Sequence record: OZ196212.1
Reading direction: 5' to 3' (one strand)
DNA: 64,000 nt
The notes under the pieces were generated by a model, which was not told where the DNA came from, searched no databases, and was given only the letters and a program-made list of their open reading frames with translations. This document shows, in pieces, positions 18,387-27,807 of this stretch. Position 1 is the stretch's first letter. Each line of letters opens with the position of its first letter. A program made the position numbers and the translations under genes.

Positions 18387-18536
18387 ATGTTGTCATTTGA
18401 AGAACGATTGCGTTTACTAGAGCAAGAGCTAGAGAAGAAAACGCCAGATCAAGTGCTTGCTGAGTTGCAGAGTCACGCAGCAATCGGTCCGAACGCTGAT
18501 GAGTATTGTAAAACATTGGTTAAGAACGATGGTTAA
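18387..18536 (+). CDS. hypothetical protein
   Basis: Start moved to ATG 18387; 49 aa. Confidence 0.65.
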   Translation: MLSFEERLRLLEQELEKKTPDQVLAELQSHAAIGPNADEYCKTLVKNDG

Positions 18537-18639
18537 GTTTTTTGCATATTGGTTATTGATGATTGCTATGCTTGGTCTGATTGGTAGAGTGATAATGCCG
18601 ACGATTGATTATCCGATTATTTACTCAATTAAGAACTAG
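18529..18639 (+). CDS. small membrane peptide
   Basis: Start moved to ATG 18529; 36 aa hydrophobic. Confidence 0.55.
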   Translation: MVKFFAYWLLMIAMLGLIGRVIMPTIDYPIIYSIKN

Positions 18640-18649
18640 ATCACATTTA

Positions 18650-18684
18650 AAGGGTTGCTTCGGCAGCCCTTTTTGCGTTATATT
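18650..18684 (+). promoter_or_regulatory. terminator hairpin with embedded early promoter
   Basis: aagggttgc-ttcg-gcagccctt plus T-tract; TTGCTT 18655-18660, 18 nt, TATATT. Confidence 0.8.
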
Positions 18685-18714
18685 AGCTCTATCGAAACGA
18701 AACGGAGCAACACA

Positions 18715-18927
18715 ATGACTGAACTAATGAACTTGCGCGATGTATTCGTCGCAGCACGCGAAGAGATTGTAAAAGAAACGCACTTACGTGGTGTTAATCT
18801 TCCTGCTCAGTGGGTAGCAGAGTGTATCTTTGTTGATTATCTAACTGCTAATCAGCGTCAGACGTTGCACAATACGTTCGAGTCACGCGCTCATTCTGTT
18901 GCATTCATTCTTGAAAACATGAAGTAG
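18715..18927 (+). CDS. hypothetical early protein
   Basis: Start moved to ATG 18715 after GGAG. Confidence 0.8.
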   Translation: MTELMNLRDVFVAAREEIVKETHLRGVNLPAQWVAECIFVDYLTANQRQTLHNTFESRAHSVAFILENMK

Positions 18928-18935
18928 AGGTCTCT

Positions 18936-19205
18936 ATGTACACTGATTCTGACATCATTAAGACACGTACGTTCCTCAAGTCAGCGCACGGACAAGCTCT
19001 TGTGTGCAACGTAGACCTGTCTGATACCATATTAGATGCTAACAGTGACCAAGAAGCTGTACTTGTTCAGTACATCGCGACTGACGAGTTTGAAAACACT
19101 GATTTCGACGAATCAGAGTATGCAGAACTCGACTCGTACATGTATTGTGGTTATTGGTCAAAAAGTTACATCTTGGGCTTGCAATTACCAATCAAGTCTG
19201 TATAA
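18936..19205 (+). CDS. hypothetical protein
   Basis: 89 aa, GAGG RBS. Confidence 0.75.
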   Translation: MYTDSDIIKTRTFLKSAHGQALVCNVDLSDTILDANSDQEAVLVQYIATDEFENTDFDESEYAELDSYMYCGYWSKSYILGLQLPIKSV

Positions 19206-19206
19206 T
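19179..19206 (+). promoter_or_regulatory. sigma70-type early promoter inside 3' end of upstream CDS
   Basis: TTGCAA, 16 nt, TATAAT; leader gagagaacattATG. Confidence 0.7.
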
Positions 19207-19238
19207 ACTTGATATCAACTTAACGCAGAGAGAACATT

Positions 19239-19544
19239 ATGAACTACACACAGCAAACTATCAAAACTTGTATCGCTACAATCGAACGTCTTGTGCCAAA
19301 AAACAAGATTACTAAGGGTGCGATTCAGAAAGTTCGTGTTGAGTACATGGGTTCAAACAAAGGTAACTTTGATGATGAAACTCGTATTGCGTTAAGTTCT
19401 ATCTGTCACAGTGCAGAACGTCAGCTTGATCGCAAAGCTGCTAATCGTCCGTCGTTTATGAAGTGTGCAGAAACGCACTTGAACTTCGATTGGAACAACA
19501 TTCCTGGGTGCATCGGTTTCGAACGCATCACAGTAGAGGCATAA
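19239..19544 (+). CDS. hypothetical early protein
   Basis: 101 aa basic protein. Confidence 0.8.
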   Translation: MNYTQQTIKTCIATIERLVPKNKITKGAIQKVRVEYMGSNKGNFDDETRIALSSICHSAERQLDRKAANRPSFMKCAETHLNFDWNNIPGCIGFERITVEA

Positions 19545-19546
19545 TT

Positions 19547-19666
19547 ATGAAATTAGATGACGCATTAACACTATTGTTCTTTGCATTGGGCTGCGTGTTG
19601 TATAAATTACGTTGGTTAATCATCGGCTGTGGTATCGGCTACGCAATTGCGGGAGTATTATTTTGA
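19547..19666 (+). CDS. small membrane peptide
   Basis: Start moved to ATG 19547; 39 aa. Confidence 0.6.
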   Translation: MKLDDALTLLFFALGCVLYKLRWLIIGCGIGYAIAGVLF

Positions 19667-19941
19667 ACTTTTTTAAGAAAATTCGTGCGCTATTCGCAGC
19701 ACCTGCACTACCGGAAGTCGGTAGTCTTTGGATTCACAACCCACAACAACTGAAGTATAGCAAAGAATTAGACTTAGCTATTGTCACGAACGTGTCAGAA
19801 GTGAATCAAACTGTTGAGTTCACTTGGTATCGTTTAGATGGTCGCTTAGTTACGCAAGGCATCATGCAATCGAGCCGTTTGACGATCCCAGTTCGAGCGT
19901 TCTATCAACAACTATCAGAAGAGTACAACGATTTTGACTAG
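19663..19941 (+). CDS. hypothetical protein (P..G..W small beta-barrel family)
   Basis: Start moved to TTG 19663 after GGGAG. Confidence 0.7.
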   Translation: MNFFKKIRALFAAPALPEVGSLWIHNPQQLKYSKELDLAIVTNVSEVNQTVEFTWYRLDGRLVTQGIMQSSRLTIPVRAFYQQLSEEYNDFD

Positions 19942-20350
19942 AATAAACTGCGTGCCCGTTGAAACGCTCTCTGATAAGCATTTGCTTGCCGAATACAAAG
20001 AGATTTCTCGTCCATTCAACAAGGTTCAGAAGCGCATAGAAGCTGATACAATGAGTAATATCAATGTAGCTGAACATTACATTCTTGGCACAGGGCACGA
20101 AACGTTTTTCTTTGACAAACTTTTGTACTTGCACACGCGCTATGTAGCCCTAATCGAAGAGTTATTACATCGCGATTTCAACATCAACGTTGAGCAATTC
20201 GAAGAAATTAGCGATTGGATTGTGACTACGTTTGAACACACGCCGTATTGGAATGATTGGTCACCTCGACCAGAAGACATGTATTTGAATATGGCAAGAC
20301 TAGTAAAGCGTTCGAATTTCGACGCAGCAAAAGAAGAGGCATTATCATGA
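19934..20350 (+). CDS. denV: pyrimidine-dimer DNA glycosylase/AP lyase (endonuclease V)
   Basis: MTRIN...L.DKHLLAEYKEI.R, Y.LGTGH..FF.DKL.YL..RY. Confidence 0.95.
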   Translation: MTRINCVPVETLSDKHLLAEYKEISRPFNKVQKRIEADTMSNINVAEHYILGTGHETFFFDKLLYLHTRYVALIEELLHRDFNINVEQFEEISDWIVTTFEHTPYWNDWSPRPEDMYLNMARLVKRSNFDAAKEEALS

Positions 20351-20631
20351 TTAACCTATCACTAGCTATCGCGTCTGAATTCACAGACAAAACAGACCGC
20401 GTACTGCCAACTGACATCGTTACACGCGTAAACGAGCGCGTATCAAAGTTCGATTGGAACTATTACACTGCTGAGTCGAAGTGGTTAGACACTGCTGATC
20501 GCGATGTTGTGTTTGATTTCATCGCTGAAGAACTCGGCTTTCAAGATGGTTGGCCATTGTTCGGCTCGTCAATGGAATACACTCAGTCGTTTTTCGACAA
20601 ACTATCAGAACTGGAGAAAGCAGATGCTTAA
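20347..20631 (+). CDS. hypothetical protein
   Basis: Start moved to ATG 20347. Confidence 0.75.
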   Translation: MINLSLAIASEFTDKTDRVLPTDIVTRVNERVSKFDWNYYTAESKWLDTADRDVVFDFIAEELGFQDGWPLFGSSMEYTQSFFDKLSELEKADA

Positions 20632-20938
20632 ACGAATCAAAGCATGGCTCAAGAAATTCGAGCCTACACCAATTGAAATCGGTCAACAATACGCTCACGT
20701 TGACAATACATGGCAACTCAAGACAGAGAAAGTGAGCATTATTGAAATCACTAACGTATCTGTTGATGGTAAAGATGCGTTGTACTCTCATATTCGAGTT
20801 GCCGGCATGACACCTGCATACATTGAACCGTCATCGCCGTTCCCACGTGAAGATTACAAAACAACTGCTGCGTATCTTCGAAGCAAACACATGCGTCTGT
20901 TGACTGAAGACGAGCGAATCGACCACGGGTACTTCTAA
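20624..20938 (+). CDS. hypothetical protein (P..G..Y family)
   Basis: Start moved to ATG 20624. Confidence 0.75.
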   Translation: MLKRIKAWLKKFEPTPIEIGQQYAHVDNTWQLKTEKVSIIEITNVSVDGKDALYSHIRVAGMTPAYIEPSSPFPREDYKTTAAYLRSKHMRLLTEDERIDHGYF

Positions 20939-21270
20939 TGAAAAATGCTATTAGAACGTTGTGGCGTGATATGAAAGTGTTCATTGTCATGCTTATCATG
21001 TGCGTGTCACTCATCGTCGGGTCGATGCTCGATCACAATAGAGTGTTTGAGTCTGATCCGCACGTTGGCGAACATTGGGTATCGTATCAAGAGCCTGAGT
21101 TTCACGATGAAGAACGATTAGTAACTCGCGTGAAAGTCGATGCAATCTCGCTTGATGGTGATAAGGTACGTTACCGATATGAAATGATCGATAACGAAAC
21201 ATCACACGCCCCTGATATGACGTTCGAAACGAACAAGAAATGGTTCAAACAAATCTACGACAAGGAATAA
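20938..21270 (+). CDS. membrane-anchored hypothetical protein (P..G..W family)
   Basis: N-terminal TM, then PHVGEHW. Confidence 0.75.
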   Translation: MKNAIRTLWRDMKVFIVMLIMCVSLIVGSMLDHNRVFESDPHVGEHWVSYQEPEFHDEERLVTRVKVDAISLDGDKVRYRYEMIDNETSHAPDMTFETNKKWFKQIYDKE

Positions 21271-21768
21271 ATGATGGCTTTAGCACACGACCCACGAGAA
21301 GAAGAAAACGAAAACCCAAGAGCGTCGTCACATATGCTCCCTCATAAGGGTCGTGTGCCAGCGCCACCAAAGGCACCGAAAGAGCCTGACATCCCTGAAA
21401 TCAAAACAGTCAAGATCAAAGAAAAGACGTGGTGGGATTACTTGAAGACCACTATGGTATTCGCGATGATTATAATGTTCTTCTGTGCATTGATTGAGGT
21501 TGTAGATCGCCCAGATATCGGTGACATTTACTACACATCGACGAGCACAGGGTGGGAATCTGAAGAAGATACACGCGTTTACATTGAAATCGTTGACGTG
21601 AACGACGATAAAGGTCTAGTTCGCTATAAGTTTTTAGACAATCGTCGCCCTGAAGTGAAAGAAATGCAATACTACGTGCTGCACAATCTTTACGACGAGG
21701 CATATTTTGGAGTTATTGAAAATGAAAGCAACCGACAAACAAATATATCTGTGCAACTTGCTCATTGA
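21271..21768 (+). CDS. membrane-anchored hypothetical protein (P..G..Y family)
   Basis: Pro/Lys-rich N-terminus, TM, then PDIGDIY. Confidence 0.75.
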   Translation: MMALAHDPREEENENPRASSHMLPHKGRVPAPPKAPKEPDIPEIKTVKIKEKTWWDYLKTTMVFAMIIMFFCALIEVVDRPDIGDIYYTSTSTGWESEEDTRVYIEIVDVNDDKGLVRYKFLDNRRPEVKEMQYYVLHNLYDEAYFGVIENESNRQTNISVQLAH

Positions 21769-21946
21769 TAATGGCGCGCCATTTGAGCTGAAGCACCCGC
21801 ATGAGAATAGCGTCGAAGCTGCTGACGCGTTCATCAAAGAGAATCGTCACTATCTACAGCGCGGTATAGTCAAGCATGAGAACTATTACCAAGCGATGAC
21901 TGAAGGCGGAATGACGCCCGAAGACTTCGGTGTGCTGAATATGTGA
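21722..21946 (+). CDS. hypothetical protein
   Basis: Start moved to ATG 21722 (MKATDKQI). Confidence 0.65.
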   Translation: MKATDKQIYLCNLLIDNGAPFELKHPHENSVEAADAFIKENRHYLQRGIVKHENYYQAMTEGGMTPEDFGVLNM

Positions 21947-21966
21947 TGCAGATCACTAGAAAGTGG

Positions 21967-21995
21967 TTGTGCTGTGAGTCGATAAAGCCTATTAT
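21967..21995 (+). promoter_or_regulatory. sigma70-type early promoter
   Basis: aaagtgg-TTGTGC, 17 nt, TATTAT; leader gagaacattATG. Confidence 0.7.
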
Positions 21996-22031
21996 AGCTT
22001 TACTGACACAGCACAACGAAGCGAGAACATT

Positions 22032-22208
22032 ATGACTTACACAGAAGCTAAAGCATCAACTGACTTAATCAAGACTGTTTGTGCAATCAACGAAGAGCAG
22101 TTTTACGAAATCATTGCTGCTTCTAACGCTGCGACTGACTTCGAGTTTTCAGCAATGTTCATGCGTGCGCAGTCAAACGCTCGTAAACAATCGTTAATCA
22201 ACTACTAA
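22032..22208 (+). CDS. hypothetical early protein
   Basis: 58 aa (MTYTEAKAST...) read manually; below track cutoff. Confidence 0.75.
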   Translation: MTYTEAKASTDLIKTVCAINEEQFYEIIAASNAATDFEFSAMFMRAQSNARKQSLINY

Positions 22209-22318
22209 GGTATTACAATGAGCAAATCATTTATCTTGAAAGTTAAAATTTGGCGTGCGACTCGCGCAGTCGTTCTTTTCACTCACGCAGTATGCGTAGC
22301 AATAGCGAGATCTTTCTA

Positions 22319-22807
22319 ATGGAACCCATGACTCTGCGCGTTCAGCGCAAGCGTACTCTTCATCTTGAAGTTGGTACACGTGTCGAGATATTCGGCAATG
22401 GTGAAGTGCATCGCGGTGATGTTGTTCACATCGGCTCGACTGTCGTGTGTGAGGGTGAGAGAAAAGCATTCTCATTCACTCATAAAATCGTTCAAGGCGA
22501 AGACGTGAGTATCAATGGTCACGTGAGAGGTCATGTTTTCTATGGTGGTGATAAGCACGCACTTGAATGGAAAAATGGTCTGCCACAGATTAACGTAGTC
22601 GAAACGTTCGCTGAACAAATCGGTGCACTCGATTCAGTACCAGTTAAAGTAACTGGCGACGAATATGTATCACAATTCGAAGTAGTCTACTACAACGACG
22701 TATCAGTGTGTTTACGCGACCCGCGCTCAGACGAGCTATACGTTTTCTATCGCGGTGAGTCAACGAGCACTTGCGAAGCTGCAACAATGGAGCATGTATT
22801 AACATGA
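22319..22807 (+). CDS. hypothetical protein
   Basis: Start moved to ATG 22319. Confidence 0.7.
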   Translation: MEPMTLRVQRKRTLHLEVGTRVEIFGNGEVHRGDVVHIGSTVVCEGERKAFSFTHKIVQGEDVSINGHVRGHVFYGGDKHALEWKNGLPQINVVETFAEQIGALDSVPVKVTGDEYVSQFEVVYYNDVSVCLRDPRSDELYVFYRGESTSTCEAATMEHVLT

Positions 22808-22980
22808 TAGTTTATCAAAATGCAACTGCGAACGATAAAATGGTTCGCTTTGAACTCTGCGGAAAAGTAGTTCAGAAACGCGTCGATGCAAAAGACGTGA
22901 TACGTGTTGAAAATGAAGTCGCACAAACATTCAAACTAATAAGCACAGGTGATATCGATGCCAAACGACAACGAAAATAA
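22804..22980 (+). CDS. hypothetical protein
   Basis: Start moved to ATG 22804; 58 aa. Confidence 0.6.
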   Translation: MIVYQNATANDKMVRFELCGKVVQKRVDAKDVIRVENEVAQTFKLISTGDIDAKRQRK

Positions 22981-24115
22981 AGGTCTACCTGCTGATATCG
23001 ATTTAGTCGAGTCAGCAATCAAAGCACTGAAGCGCAAGCCGAATGATATACGTCGTTCGCGTCACTTGAACTCAGTTATGCAGCGCGTTGGTAATCAAAT
23101 CGACACCAAGATTGGTGAGTTAATGCAATATAACCATGTTGGTGTTATTGGTAAGTTTCACAATTACCATCAAGGACATTTTAAATTAATCAAGCACGCA
23201 CTTGAACTTGGTAAAACAGTGACAGTGTTCTTGTGTCAAGAAGATGATGATCCCGTCCCTACGTACAAGCGTGTTGGTTGGATGTACGGTGATTTCGGTC
23301 GTCGTATTAACATCGAAGTGATTCAGCCGTCAAGTCACAACTTGTCAAACAAGTCTGAGTCTGATCGTCAAGTCAGTAAAGAGTGGGCGAAGTTCTTCGA
23401 CGACAACTATCCAGAAGTTGAAGCGTTCGTCGGCTCTGAGCAATACATCATGTACTGTGCTGAATATGGTAACTTCGATGGTGTTATGTATGATGAAGCG
23501 CGAACCATCACGCCATGTAGCAGCACGCAAGTGCGTAAACAGAATCAACATGAATTCTATTCGCCTGCTGCACAGCAAGATCGTGTTACGAAGATCGCTT
23601 TCATTGGTCCCGAGTCTTCTGGTAAGTCTGTGACTGCTGAACTGATTTGCGAAGCAAACGGATTTGAACTTATCACTGAGCAAGCACGCGACATGATGGA
23701 CGACACGTTTTACACGATGCAAGACTTGAATGAGTTTGCAGCCGCGCAGAACGTCGAGATCGTCAAGTCTGGTAAGCAAAGTGACGTTGTAATCGCTGAC
23801 TCAAGCGCAGTAACTACAGCAATGTATGCGAAGCAAACGTTCGGTGAAGTTCCAAACACGCTTGGTGCGTTAGCTGCGTTCGAAGATATCGATGCATACG
23901 TTCTATTCAGTCCGTTTAAATTCGTTCAAGATGGTACGCGTGTACAGACTGAGCAGCAACGCAATGAATGGTTCTACAACGCGCAGCAATTTTTACTGAA
24001 TTCAAACAAGCCGTTTCTGTATGTTCGCAAGGGCAATACGTGGGATGAACGTGCTCAAGAAGCTGCGCAAGCAGTATCACTACTCAAACATAAGGTTCAA
24101 AATGATGTTGCCTAG
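22958..24115 (+). CDS. nadR: NadR-like NMN adenylyltransferase / ribosylnicotinamide kinase
   Basis: GKF...HQGH (HxGH), SSTQVR, then GPESSGKS P-loop kinase domain with DGTR; alternative start 23123. Confidence 0.9.
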   Translation: MPNDNENKGLPADIDLVESAIKALKRKPNDIRRSRHLNSVMQRVGNQIDTKIGELMQYNHVGVIGKFHNYHQGHFKLIKHALELGKTVTVFLCQEDDDPVPTYKRVGWMYGDFGRRINIEVIQPSSHNLSNKSESDRQVSKEWAKFFDDNYPEVEAFVGSEQYIMYCAEYGNFDGVMYDEARTITPCSSTQVRKQNQHEFYSPAAQQDRVTKIAFIGPESSGKSVTAELICEANGFELITEQARDMMDDTFYTMQDLNEFAAAQNVEIVKSGKQSDVVIADSSAVTTAMYAKQTFGEVPNTLGALAAFEDIDAYVLFSPFKFVQDGTRVQTEQQRNEWFYNAQQFLLNSNKPFLYVRKGNTWDERAQEAAQAVSLLKHKVQNDVA

Positions 24116-24452
24116 TATCTGGTTATTTTTCTTCGTGCTGCCATTCGTGATTGTTGCAGTTGTAACAGTCACGTGTCGATACGCATTCATGATTGAATTC
24201 AACGCACGCAAGCCATTGCAGATGTTGCAAACATTCAAATATCGATTGTTGTTCACGAAAGAACAATGGGAGGATTTCCAAAATGATGATCGCGACGATC
24301 TATGGTGGGAATTCGGACTATGGTTCATGCTCGATTTAATTCTGTTCGGCGTGCTGATTATGATCGCTGACCTCATCACTGCAATTCCATTGATCATTGC
24401 ACTTAGCTTCATGGTCATTCGTTCACTTATTATTGGGGTTAGAAAATTATGA
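24102..24452 (+). CDS. membrane protein
   Basis: Start moved to ATG 24102; hydrophobic; resembles next ORF. Confidence 0.7.
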   Translation: MMLPSIWLFFFVLPFVIVAVVTVTCRYAFMIEFNARKPLQMLQTFKYRLLFTKEQWEDFQNDDRDDLWWEFGLWFMLDLILFGVLIMIADLITAIPLIIALSFMVIRSLIIGVRKL

Positions 24453-24796
24453 TCTATTTTATTCTTTCAACAATCGGCATCGTGTATTTGGCAAACGCGT
24501 TCTTATTTCCAATCTTGAGCTTGCTTGAGCTTCTATACAACTTCAGTTTCATGAAGAACTCAGAACGCATTCGCGATACTCACTTGAAATATCAGAATGT
24601 CAAGTATGGGTGGCTCGAAGATGGTCTGTACACTCACGACGACGTGTGGTTCACTGCGATAGTCTTCGATATGCTCATTATTGGTATCATGACACCGATA
24701 TTCATGATGATTGTTTTAAATGTACCGTGGATTGTGCTTGCAATCGCAACTCCTTTCGTGCTACGATTCATCACGAAACTTAGAAAAAGGAAGTAA
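24449..24796 (+). CDS. membrane protein
   Basis: 115 aa hydrophobic with basic C-tail. Confidence 0.75.
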   Translation: MIYFILSTIGIVYLANAFLFPILSLLELLYNFSFMKNSERIRDTHLKYQNVKYGWLEDGLYTHDDVWFTAIVFDMLIIGIMTPIFMMIVLNVPWIVLAIATPFVLRFITKLRKRK

Positions 24797-24797
24797 C

Positions 24798-25058
24798 ATG
24801 TGTCTTAACAACATTTCAACCGAAACACTGAAAGCTGAAATCGCACGTCGTGAGCGAGAAGAAACGCTGAACAACGAGTTTGTACCTATGTCACCGATGA
24901 CAGATTTCGAACGTAAGATCGTTCAATCTGCCAAAGAAGATATGCAAACACTGATTCTCGGTGACGAAGTTGACACGCAATACACATACGAAGCTGTAAT
25001 GAAAGCTGTATACGGTGATAATGTGTTTGATAAAATCAACAAACTAATCCGCGACTAA
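24798..25058 (+). CDS. hypothetical protein
   Basis: Start moved to ATG 24798. Confidence 0.75.
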   Translation: MCLNNISTETLKAEIARREREETLNNEFVPMSPMTDFERKIVQSAKEDMQTLILGDEVDTQYTYEAVMKAVYGDNVFDKINKLIRD

Positions 25059-25081
25059 TCTAAACTTGTGAGAACTATATT

Positions 25082-25780
25082 ATGTACGATTTACTATTCA
25101 ATATTCAACACACTCTATTCACTATTGCTGATTATCCAGTAAGTGGTCTAGAGTTATGGGCTACATTAACGGGTCTGATCTGTGTAGTAATGGCGCGCAT
25201 GAACTTGCGTCACAACTTCACAGTCGGTATCGTCAACTGTATTGGCTTTGCTATCTTGCTCTTCCAAGTGCAATTGTATAGCGACGTGCTACTGCAAGGC
25301 TTCTTTATCTTGGCAAGTATCTACGGATTCGTGCAGTGGAGCAAGAAAGACGCGAACGAAGTACCGATTACGTACTTGAAAATGAACGAATGGCGCGTCT
25401 CAATCATTGCAACACTCGTAGGTACGCTGACATTAGCTCACTTCATTGACCCGATTATGAACGCAAGTGGTAGCTTACTAGTGAGCGACTACACGCATAT
25501 CCCTGCTGAACTAGCGATGCGTGATGCGTTTACGACTTGTGCAAGCATCATGGCGTTCGCTCTAATGTGTCAGCGTAAAGTCGAAGCATGGTTCTATTGG
25601 TGTGCTGTGAACGTTGTGTGCATCTTCAACTACGCTACACAAGGTGTAATTGTGCTTGCTGCTGAATACGCTGTGTTCTTAATCAACGCAATCTGGGCGC
25701 TTTGGGCTTGGCATACTACTGCACATGACAACGCAATCGCTCAAGGTAAAGAATTAGAGTTCATGAAAGAGCAAATCTAA
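25082..25780 (+). CDS. pnuC: nicotinamide riboside transporter PnuC
   Basis: Multi-TM; ELWATLTGLICV, LYSDVLLQ, YGFVQW, RK.EAW.YW, Y..FLINA. Confidence 0.9.
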   Translation: MYDLLFNIQHTLFTIADYPVSGLELWATLTGLICVVMARMNLRHNFTVGIVNCIGFAILLFQVQLYSDVLLQGFFILASIYGFVQWSKKDANEVPITYLKMNEWRVSIIATLVGTLTLAHFIDPIMNASGSLLVSDYTHIPAELAMRDAFTTCASIMAFALMCQRKVEAWFYWCAVNVVCIFNYATQGVIVLAAEYAVFLINAIWALWAWHTTAHDNAIAQGKELEFMKEQI

Positions 25781-26274
25781 TGAAAAGACTAGTATTACGC
25801 GATGAATTCGAAGGCAGTACACATGAGCAGATGGGTAATCTGAACTATGTCTTCGAAAAAGTGCAACCATATTGGGATGAATGCTCGATGCTAGACGAAG
25901 AAGAACGCTTTCGTTTAGCTCAGTGTCATGCAATATGCATTCGTACCGTGCTTCGCAACGCAATCATTGATGGTAAGCGTTGGAAGATCATGAAGCGTCT
26001 ACAGCAAGAAGAAGCTGACAGACGCGGTCATGGCGACCCAGACAAGCTTTACTTGTACTACCCGCACCATCTTGTCGATGAAGAATACCCGCTGCACCAG
26101 ACCTTTCACGTGTCGTATTGCGAGAAAGATGTAGTAAACATCGAAAAAGCACTGCGCGTTAGCAAGTACGCAGGTGGTTATAAACTACCTGCTGACCGTA
26201 TGATGCACGTCGAGACGATGGAAGAAGTGTTCAACGAAATGCGATTCAAACTGAAACGCAGATTCTTAATGTAG
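25780..26274 (+). CDS. hypothetical protein
   Basis: 164 aa coupled to pnuC. Confidence 0.8.
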   Translation: MKRLVLRDEFEGSTHEQMGNLNYVFEKVQPYWDECSMLDEEERFRLAQCHAICIRTVLRNAIIDGKRWKIMKRLQQEEADRRGHGDPDKLYLYYPHHLVDEEYPLHQTFHVSYCEKDVVNIEKALRVSKYAGGYKLPADRMMHVETMEEVFNEMRFKLKRRFLM

Positions 26275-26282
26275 AGGCTATC

Positions 26283-26528
26283 ATGAGCTTACCAAGCAAC
26301 GCACAATTCTTTAAAGTACGCCCTTGTGGTGAACGAGTACACGTAGGCAATATGTTCTGCAACTGCGGGTGGTTCTATAACGAAGATCACTTATTGAGTG
26401 ACCTTGCAGATGAGATAGAACATAGTAAGATTGTCAACGGTACGATGAAGAAAGACATCGAGTGGGATTACCTTGTAGCCTATGGTTATGCACACTCGAA
26501 AGAAAAAGTTTTAAGTTATTTGCAATAA
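26283..26528 (+). CDS. hypothetical protein
   Basis: 81 aa, GAGG RBS. Confidence 0.7.
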   Translation: MSLPSNAQFFKVRPCGERVHVGNMFCNCGWFYNEDHLLSDLADEIEHSKIVNGTMKKDIEWDYLVAYGYAHSKEKVLSYLQ

Positions 26529-26532
26529 ACGG

Positions 26533-26561
26533 TTGCGCGTTGTTTCGAAAACGCCTAATAT
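26533..26561 (+). promoter_or_regulatory. sigma70-type early promoter
   Basis: aaacgg-TTGCGC, 17 nt, TAATAT; agctctatcgaaac and gagaacattATG leader. Confidence 0.8.
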
Positions 26562-26598
26562 AGCTCTATCGAAACAACGCAGCCCAAGAGAGAACATT

Positions 26599-26961
26599 AT
26601 GAAAACACATCTACGCGACAATGCGACAACTAGTGTCGACCACATTGAACTTGATATCACAACTGAAGTTCTTGGTTGGTTTAACAATCAGTACAATCGT
26701 GCTGACGGTTGGGTTATCGTTGACCTTGACGACTTCGAAAGAATGACGCTTGAAAACGCAAACATAGATCATTCAGACGTGTATCGCGTTATGAATGACG
26801 ACCGCACGAGCTTGTGTCGCATCAATGTAGAACGTGAATCATACGCTTTTCTCGACAATGCTGAACTCATGGAAACGGGTATGTATCGTTTCGAACGACT
26901 AGCGAAGTACACTAGCTTGTACATTGATTCACACAACGCACTATTAACGCGAGGCAAATAA
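26599..26961 (+). CDS. hypothetical early protein
   Basis: Start moved to ATG 26599. Confidence 0.8.
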   Translation: MKTHLRDNATTSVDHIELDITTEVLGWFNNQYNRADGWVIVDLDDFERMTLENANIDHSDVYRVMNDDRTSLCRINVERESYAFLDNAELMETGMYRFERLAKYTSLYIDSHNALLTRGK

Positions 26962-26962
26962 T

Positions 26963-27193
26963 ATGCTTAAACTAACAACTTTCAATACTGAATTCGTCGT
27001 GCAAGTTGGCATGGCAATTCGAATTCAAAACGTACGCACTGAGCAAGTCTTCACTGCGCATGTTGGTCTGATTCGCGGCGCTAACGTAGCAGTGTTCGAA
27101 GAAGATGCAATCTATGTATTCAGTGCTGACAGTCGTTTAGACGACACTGAAATGTTTCAACTTGCTGACAAAGCAACTCTATCACATCACTAA
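26963..27193 (+). CDS. hypothetical protein
   Basis: 76 aa, GAGG RBS. Confidence 0.75.
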   Translation: MLKLTTFNTEFVVQVGMAIRIQNVRTEQVFTAHVGLIRGANVAVFEEDAIYVFSADSRLDDTEMFQLADKATLSHH

Positions 27194-27204
27194 GAGGTAA
27201 TATT

Positions 27205-27450
27205 ATGTTTGGATTTATTGGCGACGCAATCGACTCGGCTGTAGACTCTGTATCAAATACTGTAGATGACTTTGTACACGATCCAGTTGGTACGACTGTA
27301 GACATGGCTCTATCGCCTGTTTACAACGCTGCTGACGTTCTAGATGGGCTGACAGAAGGCGAGATTCGCGTAATGGCTGCTGCTAAACTAGGCGCTGACG
27401 TTGCGGCTGGGATGGCAATGTCTGAAATCATCGAAGCACTTTCTGAATAG
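27205..27450 (+). CDS. hypothetical acidic amphipathic protein
   Basis: 81 aa, GAGGT RBS. Confidence 0.8.
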   Translation: MFGFIGDAIDSAVDSVSNTVDDFVHDPVGTTVDMALSPVYNAADVLDGLTEGEIRVMAAAKLGADVAAGMAMSEIIEALSE

Positions 27451-27458
27451 GTGACTGT

Positions 27459-27659
27459 ATGTTGAAAGCTACGACGAAATTTCAAATCTTTATGTCATTC
27501 TTGATGATATGGCTGTCATGGGATTGGTTTAGTATCAATCACGCGACCGATGCAATACCATACTTCATCGCGATTATCCCGGGTGTTATGTGTGGCATGG
27601 CGATTCAATCAAGCATCAACGACTTGGGAGATTATTTGAATGATAAGCGTAGTAATTAG
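27459..27659 (+). CDS. small membrane protein
   Basis: 66 aa, two TM-like segments. Confidence 0.7.
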   Translation: MLKATTKFQIFMSFLMIWLSWDWFSINHATDAIPYFIAIIPGVMCGMAIQSSINDLGDYLNDKRSN

Positions 27660-27807
27660 ACTACTAGCAAGTGTTGTGATGTGCTTAGTTGCACCACTTG
27701 CATATGCAAACGCAGGTAGTATCGGTGTGATATCGGCAACACTTGCAATCACTGCGATCAACTCATCGCTATTTTTAGACTTTAAACGATTAATGGACAA
27801 ACAATGA
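27640..27807 (+). CDS. small membrane protein
   Basis: 55 aa read manually; GGGAG RBS; ATGA overlap with next gene. Confidence 0.6.
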   Translation: MISVVIRLLASVVMCLVAPLAYANAGSIGVISATLAITAINSSLFLDFKRLMDKQ

